Assembly (NCBI RefSeq): GCF_006345805.1
Contig: NC_043019.1
Location: 25,047,360-25,111,359 of the forward strand
Direction of reading: 5' to 3'
DNA: 64,000 bases
DNA from: Octopus sinensis
Lineage: Eukaryota
The position numbers and the translations under genes are program-made. How positions within the stretch are numbered: the stretch's first letter is position 1; each line of letters begins with the position of its first letter. This document shows, piece by piece, positions 13,701 through 25,984 of the stretch. The notes under the pieces were generated by a model. It saw nothing but the letters and a program-made list of their open reading frames with translations. It was not told the DNA's origin and ran no database searches.

Positions 13701-14349
13701 AAACGACTCTGAAACGCTTTTTAATTGTGATAATGAAACAAGAGCTTTAAAGAAAAAGAAACAGTAAGTTTTCTAAAGAACGAAAGGCTTCATACGGACA
13801 CATGCTTATACACTGTAGGGTATCTTTCAATTTATACAATAAACTTTATAAATTTTTAAGTTCAATATTCCGTGACATACGTTAGAGTTATTGACACGAG
13901 TTATTCAAATGATTGTTCGTGAAGTGAACCTAATAAAATAGCTAGGGTACACTCGATATTTCATATTTAAATCCAATATGACTATTTCTACTTGTATAGT
14001 GGTCCTACCTCTGATTCGAAATCGAACCTACAATCTTCTCTTAGCCATATTGTCCTGTCAAGAAGTAACGCAGATTTATGTGTTCCCCACTTCACTCTTA
14101 ATCATTCCAATTCCAGGAAATAGATAATGAGTGACCTACATTAATTTATCCATTGTTAGAGTGGTATGAGTCGCTTTCCACTCGCTCTGCGTAAGCACGG
14201 TATCTATAGAATTCACTGCCTGTGTTCGTGTTTGAGTGTGTGTGTATGTGTGTGGACTTTCTGTGCAACATTTTATGGTTGTTAGTCAATGTAATGTCAC
14301 ACATCCCACTTCTGTTCCCACTCAGTGGTGGCCCACACAATGTTCAATG

Positions 14350-14810
14350 TTTGGTACAAGACTTTCTCTCTTTTCTATCCATTCCTCTATCCTTCTCTTC
14401 TCCTCTTTGTACACAAAAACCTTCCCCCATCTAATTCTATCTGCTGCCTTTCTCTCTTTACTGCCTTCGATTTCTTCCTCTGTCCATCTCTGTCAACTAC
14501 CTACAAGTCTATCTTTATTCCCTTTTTTCTCTGCACTCCCTCTTTCTCCATATTTGCTCTTCCCCAACCTTCTCCACTCCACTCTGTCTCTCTTTCTTCG
14601 CTTTTTGGTACCAAAAGACCATCCAATTTTTTATCACTCATCTTTTTTCTACTTGACCAGTGCATAAGTAAGACATGTATTTTGTTTCATCTCCTGCCTA
14701 GCATTCACTTCAGACCCCTAATTTACCTTTTCACTTTTCATTCTTTTCTTTCCTTCTATCTTTCTTCCCTTCTATCCTTCTCCTGAGCCTTCTCATTGTA
14801 CCTTTGGAAC
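14350..14810. repeat. Pyrimidine-rich low-complexity tract
   Basis: C/T-biased plus strand over about 460 bp. Confidence 0.8.
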
Positions 14811-14984
14811 ACAAACACCACTATTTTCTTCATTTTTTTTTGTTAGTTTTTGTCATGTTGTGTGCCACATTTTGAAATACTTACAATTTGTATTTTTATT
14901 GCTTATTTTAGCTCTGTTTGATATATTTCCAAATTTAAACATTTTAATATGCAAAATATACTTCACATTATTACATATACTATA

Positions 14985-15480
14985 CGTTAATGCAAAAAAT
15001 ATTGTGTTTATTGACTATCTTCAAAATGTTCACACCATCAATGGCAAGTTCAATGCCAACTTGCAAAGGCAATTATGAAAGGCTATCAAGACCAAACACC
15101 CAGAAAAACTGATGAATGTGGCCTTGTTTCATTAGGACAATTCTCCAGCACACAAGTCCTTGGTTTCAATGGTTGCTGTGCGTAACTGGCTTTGAACTGG
15201 TTGATCACCTTCCCTATGTTAGTGGTTTGGTTCCATCTGTTTCCCAACATAGAAAACTCTCAGCTGGACTCCAGCATCACAGTGATGATGACATCTTATC
15301 TGCTGTTGATGACCATTTTGACAAACAGAATAGCTTCTTCGCCAGTGCAATCCAAGCACTGCAACTACTGATGGAAGTGTATGGACAGTAAGAGGAACTA
15401 CGTAAAAAAATGAACTTTTTTGGTCACATTCTATGAGAGTGTCTTGCTCAGCCTATGGACATTTCAGCTGACCTTCACAA
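14985..15480 (+). mobile_element. Mariner transposase 3' fragment with right TIR
   Basis: Decayed IVFIDYL..TING, xDNSPAH, GFELVDHLPY (YSPDL region), AVDDHFD..FF..IQAL and DYVKK* motifs, then a cagcctatgga...cagctgacc TIR-like end. Confidence 0.85.
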
Positions 15481-16493
15481 CAATAAAAATTATTATTATT
15501 ATTATACCTTCCTTTATTTTTAATGTTAACATTAAAAAAAAACCCAAATTTTTCATTAAAAAATTTAGACCCGAGTTTGCACTTAGAAAACAAATTTTGT
15601 TCCCAGGCTTCTGCATATGGGAGTGGGTGCACGTAACAATAACAACACCTATATACACACCACATGCACATATGCAATCATGAATACCTGTGCAATGATA
15701 TATATATATCATCATTGTCGTTGTCATCATCATCATTGTTATTTACCATCCGCCTTCCATGCTGGCTGGCCTGCATTAATCACAAAGGTTTATCAAAGTC
15801 AAGGTTGCACTCGGTCACCATACTAAACAACATATTAACATTGTTTGCTCATTTCTATTATAAGTGTATGTATTTAGCATTGTTGTGTGGTACATTAAGA
15901 AACAAAATAAATATTTTATGTGTATTTGCATGGACATGTATTCACAGAAAGACAAACAAAAATAGCAGTCAATCTCTTTTGAATCGCATCCTAGATATAG
16001 GGTCACAGCTGGAACACCTTTGACACTGGATCAACTCAATCAGAGAGATAATCTGGGGATAAGCCACATAACTAATAACAATAAAAAAAAAGGGCATTTC
16101 TGTGCTGGGATCTAACAACCTGGGTGTCCACACACTTGGAGGCACAAGATGCTACTTCAAAAATTGCAACAAAGAGGCAAAGTATATACCATATTAAAAT
16201 CATTATTCAGACCAAAGTTAATAAACTCATAAAAACAGTTTTATTAGTCTACTAGTGTAGACAGTAGATTACATCAACCGATGATCGTTTAAGTATCACA
16301 TCGTAGAAGTATCGTTAATTGATATCAATGAAAAAAGACTTCCTTCTAAGACTTTCAAGATATAAATACATTGACAAGATGTGATCTCTTACTCAATTTC
16401 TCTGTAGAGTTTTATTGATTAAATATGTCATCCCAAGAATAAAAATGGTATGAAAAGTGTTTTGAACATCCTGTTTATGCTCCTTATATATAA

Positions 16494-16795
16494 CTAGCAG
16501 TATCGCCCGGCGTTGCTCTGGTTTGTAAGGGAAATAACTATATAAGCATTTTTAGAGAGTTACTTCCCTTATATAACCTGAGCAAAAATCATTAAAAATG
16601 CAGAAAAATGATGGTAAATTTTTTTTTAAATCGAAGACTCATTGTAGATGTGTGCTAATACCCAGAAGGGCTCGATATGAATATATAAGATACCCGCTTT
16701 TGGTTAAACTGCACCGCAAAATGTGGGAGTAGTTAGGAATCTAAATCGGAGGAGACAGAGTCTCACACACACAACTTGAATTTTATATATAAAGA
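16494..16795 (-). mobile_element. Non-autonomous Helitron (302 bp)
   Basis: 5' TC preceded by A, 3' CTAG followed by T, degenerate subterminal GC hairpin (ccagagcaacgccggg), no TSD. Confidence 0.8.
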
Positions 16796-17519
16796 TATTC
16801 CACAAAAACTTTTTCTCTATTTTCAAGTGCCAAGTCTGTAGGAATTAGTGATCATGAAATTTTATGCCAAAGTGTGAGGATTCATGATTTTTCGTAGCAA
16901 AGATACAGCAATGGTTTGCATTGCCTTCTGTCAGGTTATTTAGTTTATTTATAGCTTACCCAACAAATCTCCTGTTTCCATAAACTTACCCTTAACCATT
17001 TGGCAGGCAAATAATTCTATCAAATGGAAAGCTTATTTATTAAGATTGTCTTGAATTAATCATGTACTGTTTTTTAGCTCTGAGATTTTGATGATGTAAT
17101 GGATAATTTTCAAAATGACATTATGGGGTAAGTGTGAGAAGCCAGATGTGACCAGTTTGGACATAAAACAGGTAGAATGATTAGGTCTGAAATGATTGGT
17201 TTAAATACTAATGGGTTAAGGCAAAGGGCCCATTTCACCCTTAGGTAGGGGAACTGGTCCACATGACATTAGGCGATGTTCACATACCAGTGAGCCTGTT
17301 GTAGGGCCCATGTTTCAAGGCCAGTTCTCCTGCTAGTTCTGTATACTTTAGCCACTGGTCCATCTTCCGTCCTTTGATCTATGTATGATTGGGGCTCCTA
17401 AAAGGTAACTACCAACCCAGCTTAGAACAAACCTGGGAGCAGTGATGGACTAAGGAGTAGCACCATATTTGCCAAAACTCCTCAATTCCTGAACTTCACC
17501 ACAAAATTTTAGCCAAGGT

Positions 17520-17945
17520 AAACAATCATCATCATCATCATCATCATTTAACATCCGTTTTCCCAGCTGACATGGGTTGGACGGTTTGACAGGAGCTGTC
17601 CAACTGAAGAGCTGCCCAGATTCCATGTCTGTTTTGGCCTGGTTGCCTTTTCTAACACCAACCACTTTACAGAGTGTACTGGGTGCACTTTACGTGGCAC
17701 CAGTAAAGGGGATTTTTACATGGCACCGGCACCCACAAGTCTGCAAGATTAGAGATGCCCAGCTGGAGAGGCATGCAGGGACAATGTCAAGTTTACTTAG
17801 CTTGATATGTCTTCTCAAGCTCAGCACATTGCCAGAAATCTCAATCCCCTATCATCCTCTCTATGAATCCCAATGTCTATAGACTCTTTCTCACCACTCT
17901 ATCCCACATCTTTCTGAGTCTACCCCATCCACATGTCCCCTTAGC
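17520..17945 (-). mobile_element. RTE LINE 3' end, decayed
   Basis: Same 3'UTR and (CAT)n tail (plus strand) as other RTE copies, GxGRxRKxW remnant. Confidence 0.75.
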
Positions 17946-18269
17946 AACAAAACATTCCTTTCAATTTTAACCATACCATTGTCACAGCAGGTAATTTTTT
18001 TTACCCATAATTTAAGAATTTAATGTGAAATGTGACTAAAGTTTGCAACCACAAATGAAATTTTCTTCATTTAAATTTTAAGGTTAATTCAAACAAAAAT
18101 TGATTTCCATTCTTGTTTCATCAGTGAAACAAGGGAGACTGCTCTGGACACCCACATTGTGTTCTCCCTGATATGTAGTCATGGCAACAATATAGTTTTT
18201 AAAGATAATTTTATAGACATTCACTGATTCAGATGTTTTAATATTTATCTACTACCTGCAGTAGTGTTT

Positions 18270-19198
18270 AATGTCCTTCTTCCACAATGCATGCAATAGG
18301 GAGAACGGTTCACAGTAGCTGACCAAGGGCCAAGTAGAAAAACTCCCCTCTGCTCCTGTGTCAGTTTTAGCAGTGTTTTACAGATGGATGCCCTTCTTAA
18401 CACCAACCTGGAACCATGTGGTTGGGAAACAAGCTTCTTACCACACAGCTATGCCTGCCCTTATCTTTGTGTTTCAATGTTTTGTTCTTTTCTTTCACAG
18501 TTTCTCATCTTGGACATTTTTCAGATACACATTCCAGAGAAAATGGTATGTTAAATAAAAGAGATTATAAACGCTTTATACACGAGAAGGGCCTGCAAGC
18601 ACTGGAGTCAGGGTTAAAGATCTGCATTGACCTAAGTTTTAAAGAGAAAATGTCTGAAAAGGTTTGTTTCATGTGGTTTTTTTCAACAAATGTTGTTATT
18701 TGTAATATTTAGTTTCCTGTTTCAAGTCATGCTGAACTAACAGACTATTAACCCTTTCGCACTCAGATTATTCTGTCAAATGTAATATTTATTACCTGTG
18801 ATTTGAATTAGACATGCATTAGTCATATCTCATAGCTTTGAGGCTTCAATTATGGGATTGTTTACTTTCAGTATGACATTGTGAGGCAGAAGAGAGACTG
18901 TGTGTGACCAGTTTGAGCATAAAACAAGTAGGATAGTTTGGCTTGATATGACCAGTTGTGGCCAGTTTAAATGCTGAAAGGTTACACGTTATAGCATTTG
19001 TTCTAAGGCAGCAAGCTGGATGAAGCGTTAGCATGCTGGGCGAAATGCTAAGTGGTATTTCGTCTGTCTTTACGTTCTGAGTTCAAATTCCACCGAGGTC
19101 AACTTTGCCTTTCATCCAGTTGCATACTGGAGTTGATCTAATTGACTGGTCCCCTCCCCAAAAATAGAGTACAAAAGATTTTAGGATTTGTTCTGATT
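18270..19198 (+). repeat. Inverted segmental duplication of about 30013-31235 (exon 3 plus flanking introns)
   Basis: Continuous reverse-complement similarity through intron, MITE and SINE sequence; lacks the 30271-30529 SINE. Left edge approximate. Confidence 0.88.
18525..18661 (+). pseudogene. Inverted duplicate of TRMT10B coding exon 3, both splice sites and frame intact
   Basis: Reverse complement of 30851-30987 with 6 substitutions (5 non-synonymous, 1 synonymous). Flanking introns are also copied. Confidence 0.92.
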
Positions 19199-19724
19199 CT
19201 ATGTTCAAATTCCACTGTTACTCAGTTGTTGTCTCAACTCAATTGTACATTTCTTTTAATGTGTGTGTGTGGGTGTATGTTTATATGTACATATTTCATA
19301 GATGAGAACCAGATACTCTCTGTATAGAGTACCCTTTGTAGTGCTCAGGAGATTTACACTTGAGCATGTACAGAGGTAAATGTAAGGATAAGGGAATTAG
19401 ACAGATCAATATGTAAAGTACATTAAATACATGAAATTCAAAAAAAATGTATGTCTGTATACATTTAAAAAGGTCCAGCTTACACAGGATACAAATGATA
19501 GAGAATTAAAGGGGTGGTGAAAAAGAATTACAAATCCAACAGCTGTTTCTGGGGGCTTGATGATCCATAATAATATCTATAGATTGATTCCATCATAGGA
19601 TGAGATGAGCCTTTGACTTCAGGGAAGAGATCTTAAATGTGAGATGTTAAACAAGAAAAGTTCAAAGATGGATTTATATGTACATATATGCATATCTTTC
19701 ACAGTTAAATTAACAAAAAAATTA

Positions 19725-19852
19725 AAATCAATTAATTTTCTACAAAGCTCTACAGAGTGTAATACAAACTGCCCGTCTCCCTATTGATGTATTCATGATG
19801 AATGGTGACAGGAAGGGCAACTACTGTCGGTCAATCAAGGTGAGATGTTTCA
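19725..19852 (+). pseudogene. Inverted, broken duplicate of TRMT10B coding exon 6
   Basis: Reverse complement of about 25760-25920 with a 23-nt deletion removing the acceptor, a 10-nt frameshifting deletion and a 3-nt intronic deletion. Confidence 0.92.
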
Positions 19853-20095
19853 CAGAAATAAAAGATAGCCAAGTACATTTCAAATGTGATTTTTGAGAAC
19901 CTTAAAGGCAAAGTTTTTATTGTAGGGCACCCCCCATCCTACAACACTGTAGCTGTGCTGTCTGGAAAGCACAACAATGTTCAGAAACATATAAAGGATG
20001 TGAATTCTAAAGACAAATTCATTCCCTGTTCAAATCTTTATCTTAATTTGGCGGCTGTTCCAATGGCTGATGTTACAGTTTGGGGAGCTGAGGAA

Positions 20096-20494
20096 TACTC
20101 TTTACTCTCTCTCTTTCACTTGTTTCAGTCATTTGACTGCGGCCATGCTGGAGCACCACCTTTTAGTCGAGCAAATCGACCCCAGGACTTATTCTTTGTA
20201 AGCCTAGTAGTTATTCTATCGGTCTCTTTTGCCGAACCGCTAAGTTACAGGGACGTAAACACACCAGCATCGGTTGTCAAGCGATGTTGGGGGACAAACA
20301 CACACACATATATATATATATACATATATACAATGGGCTTCTTTCAGTTTCCATCTACCAAATCCACTCACAAGGCTTTGGTTGGCCCGAGGCTATAGTA
20401 GAAGACACTTGCCCAAGGTGTCACGCAGTGGGACTGAACCCGGAACCATGTGGTTGGTAAGCAAGCTACTTACCACACAGCCACTCCTGCGCCT
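20096..20494 (-). mobile_element. Family B SINE, full length, inside hAT remnant
   Basis: Complete head and tail. Confidence 0.92.
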
Positions 20495-20603
20495 ATGATT
20501 GCATACTTTCTCCCTTCCCCTCATCATTGATGAGATTGGTTAATAACAACCATGGCATTAAGAGGGTGCCTGAAATGAGATACAATGCAAAACAACAAGC
20601 TAA

Positions 20604-20771
20604 AGTAAAGATTTTTGCCAACATAACATGGCAGTCCTCGTTTAGGACAAATGTTGCTGTAATTTAGCCCAAGGAGACATCATCTGCAGCTGGTTATACG
20701 AAACGATCTGTGTCCTTTATATTTTCGTCCTAAACCAGGACTGCCATGTTATGATGGCAAAAATCTTTACT
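20604..20771. mobile_element. MITE with about 48-bp TIRs inside the hAT remnant
   Basis: agtaaagatttttgcca.cataacatggcagtcct.gtttaggac.aa inverted at both ends; AAAG(TA) repeated at the flanks. Confidence 0.75.
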
Positions 20772-20856
20772 CCAAAGTACTGTTGCTGAATATCTCTCAT
20801 TGTGAGATTTAAGAAAAATAGTAATTTTCTAACAAGCTAAAGGTATTATAAAAAAA

Positions 20857-21090
20857 TAATGGCGGCAAGCGGGCAGAATCGTTAGCACGCCGGGCGAAAT
20901 GCTTAGCGGTATTTCGTCTGCGTTACGTTGTGAGTTCAAATTCCGCCGAGGTCGACTTTGCCTTTCATCCTTTCGGGGTCGATAAATTAAGTACCAGTTA
21001 CGCACTGGGGTCGATGTAATCGACTTAATACCTATGTCTGTCCTTGTTTGTCCCTTCTGTGTTTAGCCCCTTGTGGGTAATAAAGAAATT
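20857..21090 (+). mobile_element. Family A SINE with 15-bp TSD
   Basis: TSD GGTATTATAAAAAAA at 20842-20856 and 21091-21105. Confidence 0.92.
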
Positions 21091-24000
21091 GGTATTATAA
21101 AAAAACACTTTTATGAAATCCTTGATGTACTGATACAAATTTAGAAATCAGAGGCGAACATAACAACCAGGTCAGATGCTGACCTGGTTAGGAGTTTAAA
21201 ACAATCATTTTCCTTTTCCTGAGTTTCTGAGGGACTGTTCTTCCAGAAATCAACAACATACAAGAGCATATGCAGACTTGAAATTAAATATTCACCAACA
21301 TGAAATGAAGACGGTTTCTTTTAAGGCATTCTTACATCATAATAGAGAGATGCTCCAGCATGGCCACAGTCAAATGACTGAAACATATAAAAGAATAAAT
21401 ATACAAAAAAAGTTTGTTGTAACCTCAGCATTGAGAGAGAAAGAAGGAGAGAATGGGGTGGAGATCAAATGATATCAGGCTGACCTTTCAAACAGAAATG
21501 AAAAAAAGATTTCAGTGTCCCAACAAAAAGTAGGATTTTCTTATCCCAACCAACCTAACAAATGCAGAATTTGGATTTGAAGAGGAGGAAGACATCAATA
21601 ATACAGCAGAAATCAAGATTGTAAGGAAGGGATTGAAGAATTTTCTTTAGTTCACTAAACAAGAAAACCAAAAAAAAAAAGGGCCTCTAGAGCTCCTAAA
21701 CTTCCTCACTGAATATGGTTTTCAAAATGCCATGCCAAACTTAATATTTTTGTGGGTATTTTTGAGAAGAGCAGTTGGTGTGGCTAGTTGTGAATAGAAT
21801 TTTTCTAAGTTGAAATTAATAAAGAATTATCATCACTCAACTTTGATCAGTTACAGACTGACTAACTTGGTGATTCTTTCTACTGAGAGAGAATATACCA
21901 AACCACCTGAGATTGACGACATCATAAGAGACTTCACAATTCAAAAAGTCTTTAATGGATTGTCACCAACATAACAGGAACCAATATCAAGTGTGTGTGT
22001 TGTTAATTTAATGTGTGCGTGTTCTGTGATAATGTGTGTAAAGAAAATCAGAAGGCAAGGTATATATAACATTAAAATTTATTTAATCCAATGAGTGCTG
22101 GCAAGTAGTAACAATGAGAAGTGACCAACAGCAGACAAGTAGTGAGAGTTGAGGCCTGTATGTGTATGTAGGATATGTATGTGCTGGTAGTAGACATATG
22201 TATAGGATACGTATGTATGTATATGTGTGTGAGTCAGGGAAGCCGAAATAATTTACTAGGTATGAAATGAGAAGTCATAAGCAGGGATAAGATAGCAGTG
22301 GTAAGTTGGTCTGTGCTAGCTGAGATGAGAAAGAATTATTCATGGTAGCAATTGCGTTGGAGGAACTGGACTGTAAAGGTGTCTGCGACACTAAGTTGAA
22401 GTGAGAAACTAGGAAACTAGTTCTGTGTTGGTCATCCTGCGCCCTTCTACTGACTAAACTGAAAATGGCACGCAACACTGCTGGGCGGAAGCTGCCACAT
22501 TTATCCTTCTGCAGCCAGCTCTAATCGGTTGAAGTGGCCACAGCATAACTGTATTTATGTACAGCAACCAAATATGGTTTCCCTGGTCACTAAAAGTCTG
22601 AAGAAGAAATACATAGATGATAAGGGATTTTTCTGTCTTTCTTTTAGGAACAAATACCTTGGATCAATGTTCTTTCCTATTTATTTTTTAGGATAAAATA
22701 AGAAAATAATGAAGATGGGAAGCTTCTTACAATGTAAAAGAGGAAAGTTTAATAACCTTTATATTTCAGGCACAAAGGTTCATCATCAGAAATAAACAGA
22801 GTGAAACAATGTGAGTCCCTACAAATCCAGCTATGTTGATTGTTATGTAGACAGTGACTCTGCAATGTCTGTTTAAGTGGTGATGACAGCAATGAGGGAT
22901 TATTGTAGTGGAAGCCATTCTCCAAAATGGTATTGGCAGTGGTCACAGAGATCATTGTGAGAATGGCAACGGATGGCTAGCTATTGGCTGGCAGCAGTCT
23001 TGGTGAAGACAGCTACCTACATTGACACTAATAGTTGTAATGGAAGAAGTAATAGTCAGTGGTAAGGTGTTGGAAGGTGATGGCAATAGTCACTGTCGTA
23101 GTGGTGATTATATTGGTCATGGCAGCAGAGAATTTGATGATGGTGAGCAGCTTAAAAAAGCCACCAACTCAACATCAACAAATTGTTGATCTTCGAGTTA
23201 AGTTAGTGGATTATAAAGGAGTCCTTGATCCAGAGAAGTCCAACATTTCTCTCTGCAACCAATAAGGAATTATTTGTCACTGGTGGTGGTGGTGTTACTG
23301 CATTTCAGAATGTTTGCAAAAGGAAGATGCATGTGTTGTCAAGGGTTTCTTCAACCACATCATACAACTGATATAATAAATACTGCACTCGGAACACCAT
23401 AACAAGTTGACCACATATGCACACAGATCCTTGCTCATGTTGCAGATAGAAGAGTTGGCTAGTGTGCAGGAGTGTTGTCCAACATGGAATCTTTGTACTG
23501 ACAGGTGTCAAAGAAGGGACATTCCAGATAAGAGCTAGCAGGATGTAAAGGTCTTTCTTGCAGATGGCAGTGGTAGTCATCTGATTGAAGTGAGATTAAA
23601 CAGATTCTTCCTGCCATCTTCCACATTTTAATAAAGTCTTAAATGAGAAGCAGAATCAAGTCGTTAAATTATTTTATATTCCCTATTGTAATTAGTTTCA
23701 ATGTTTACAGTTTTGACCTAATTATCCAATTTAGATTTAATTAACTGAGTTAAAATCTTTTTTATATGGAGTCCAATTCTTTGATACGTGTGACTGGATG
23801 TGGTTGAATTTTTAAAAAATAAATTAGTTATTGAAAATTAATCAAACATTTCTTAGGAGTGTGCAGCATGGAAAAGGTGAGGGGCCATTGATCTGTGCAG
23901 TCACTTGCTCAACTAGAAAGAGCAACCAAATCTTTCCTTCAAATGACACCTTGTAGTCTTAAAAGCAGAAAAGTACATTTCATAATGTAATCCTATGTAC

Positions 24001-24354
24001 ATTGTAGCTGAAATATAAGTGATGGTCATAGCTGGAAGGCTTTTAATAATGTATCTGCTTAGTCTTGTGCTAGGTTTGTCATTGATGAAACTGAGGGACG
24101 ATTTATATCAGTCAACCCACATACTTTACAGCTATGTGATAGAGCAGTACTTTTGCTTCATGGGTGAGTCAGCCATTTAACTCTTGGTATAGCTCTCACC
24201 TAGTGTGACCTGCCGATGTCTTATCACAAACTGAAACACCAGACACATACAAACGTGTGCGTGTGTGCATGTGTTTGGGTGTTTGGTTTATCAATAAGTT
24301 TCACAGAAGTTGTTGGTGATGCTACTGCTGTTGCAGCACACATAGAGACATGTT

Positions 24355-24384
24355 GAAAATGATGATGATGATGATGACAATGAC

Positions 24385-24415
<31 letters not shown>

Positions 24416-24416
24416 T
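24355..24416. repeat. (GAT)n repeat in the probable TRMT10B 3'UTR
   Basis: About 90 nt downstream of the stop codon on the minus strand. Confidence 0.85.
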
Positions 24417-24505
24417 CAATGAAAGAGAATGAAGAATAAACCAAAACTTCTTTCTGCTAATGTCCATGTTCTTGTTTTACTTCACTGTACTCGGTTGCAC
24501 TGTAC

Positions 24506-24621
24506 TCAGGAGCTCACATTTTCAAGGGGTTTCAACACTAGACCTTTCCTTTTAGGGACCTCGCTAGATAGAGCCTGTCTCCAATCTTCAGTTCTCAGAA
24601 ATTCAGAAATCACAGCAAGTA
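24506..24621 (-). CDS. TRMT10B: TRMT10B-like coding exon 7, terminal (VLAVISEFLRTEDWRQALSSEVPKRKGLVLKPLENVSS*)
   Basis: Polypyrimidine tract plus CAG acceptor, phase 1, DWxxAL...VPKRKG motif, TGA stop. Total CDS 858 nt in frame. Confidence 0.93.
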
Positions 24622-24734
24622 CTGGAAAAAAAAAGAGAAATATATATATATATAAAATATACATACATGATGATTGCTTCATCTTGACAGATGATAGCCG
24701 TCCCATCAACACACACACACCACATCACACAGCA

Positions 24735-25140
24735 CAATCCCTTCCTCAGATGAGATTTAAGACCAGTTGCTGGCTGACAGGCTTTAAAACACACGTAACA
24801 GATATTTTAAAACACAATTCAGGTTTCTTCTGTACCTTTGCTCTTTGTAATCCAATTCTGCAGGAATGTTTTTGTGACCTAGCATATGTCTTTCAAGTCC
24901 AGATATTGTCTTACAAGTTTTGTGACATATGACACAAGTCATAAGAGGCCGTTGGTGTCCAAGATCATCACCTACCTGGGCATTTCTATTTTCATGTGAC
25001 TTCTTATGGTTCATGTATCCTGCTTTTGACAACAGAACCCAATCACACATAATACATATCCAATGTTCATTGTTGATTTCAGTTCCAATTGTTCCTTTGT
25101 GACAGGCCCTTTTAAGCTCAGGGAGCTGAATCACCTTTCC
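24735..25140 (-). mobile_element. Three C2H2 zinc-finger remnant, probably an RTE-type ORF2 tail, in the last TRMT10B intron
   Basis: CIMC..LSKAGYMNHKKSH, CVIC..KTISGLERHMLGH and a frameshifted CYVC..ATGLKSHLR; no ATG, promoter or compatible splice sites. Confidence 0.65.
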
Positions 25141-25319
25141 CTCTTAAGCGTTGCAACCAGTCCTAAGAGCACCTCTCTGTTTGTTCCGATCTAGAACATC
25201 AATCTCTCAATCACTTTCATATATATATACATTACACACACACACATCACTGTATCACTATCAAAGACAATCAGATGCTGTTATACACCACTGGTCACAA
25301 TATACTTCTTCATACATGG

Positions 25320-25575
25320 CTGTGCCAGCCTCACCTGGCCTCCGTGCCAGTGGCACATAAAAAACACCATCCGAGCGTGGCCATTCGCCAGCCTCATCTG
25401 GCACCTGTGTCGGTGGCACATAAAAAGCACCCACTACACTCACGGAGTGGTTGGCATTAGGAAGGGCATCCAGCTGTAGAAACAACGCCAGATCTGACTG
25501 GCCTGGTGCAGCCTTCGGGCTTCCCAGACCCCAGTTGAACCGTCCAACCCATGCTAGCATGGAAATCGGACGTTT
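25320..25575 (+). mobile_element. RTE-3'UTR-derived repeat
   Basis: Shared 3'UTR core (ggcattaggaagggcatccagctgtag...catgctagcatggaa) also at 27715-28095 and 38770-39170. Confidence 0.8.
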
Positions 25576-25774
25576 AAACGATGATACTGTTGTAACTTTC
25601 AAAGAGTGTCACACCTCACCACCCAAATGTAAACAAACACACACACACACATACATACACATTACTACCATTTAACACCAGTTCATTAAAGAAAATACAA
25701 AAGAAAAGTCTAATTCTTCAATTCCATGTGACACGGGCATCTCTGCGAGTTTACATATGAAAACATCTCCTCAC

Positions 25775-25895
25775 CTTGATTGACCGTTAAGATTCGACAG
25801 TAGTTGCCCTTCCTGTCACCATTCATCATAAATACATCAATAGGGAGACGGGCAGTTTGTATTCCACTCTGTAGAGCTTTGTAGTACGTCATTTT
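25775..25895 (-). CDS. TRMT10B: TRMT10B-like coding exon 6 (KMTYYKALQSGIQTARLPI...ILTVNQ)
   Basis: 121 nt, AG/GTGAG, phase 0 to 1. TARLPI and ILxxNQ motifs of the TRM10 family. Confidence 0.95.
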
Positions 25896-25984
25896 CTAGG
25901 GAAATAGAAAATTAATTGATTGTAATTATTTTGATTATTTAGTCAATAGTTTTGAAAGAGGGTTGGGGTTGGAGTTGGGATAGT

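Larger units (their letters stand above)
19860..21950 (+). mobile_element. Degenerate hAT transposase (ZMYM1-like), interrupted by two SINEs and a MITE
   Basis: Frameshifted motifs SYNTVAVLSGKHNNVQKHIKDVNSKDKFIPCSNLYLNLA, TRSDA..., and the C-terminal dimerisation domain VASCE*NFSKLKLIKNY..ST...RLTNLVILSTE...IDDIIRDF. Confidence 0.85.

Noticed and set aside
18525-19839. Functional TRMT10B paralogue or retrocopy
   Set aside because: Only two of seven exons, one broken, introns retained, and mostly non-synonymous changes.
23305-23580. piggyBac-like transposase remnant
   Set aside because: Only a vague resemblance to one C-terminal motif; too weak to call without an HMM search.
24784-25134. Independent host C2H2 zinc-finger gene, or alternative last exon of TRMT10B
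   Set aside because: Frameshifted third finger, no TGEKP linkers, non-ATG start, and no polypyrimidine acceptor in phase 1; fits a LINE tail.
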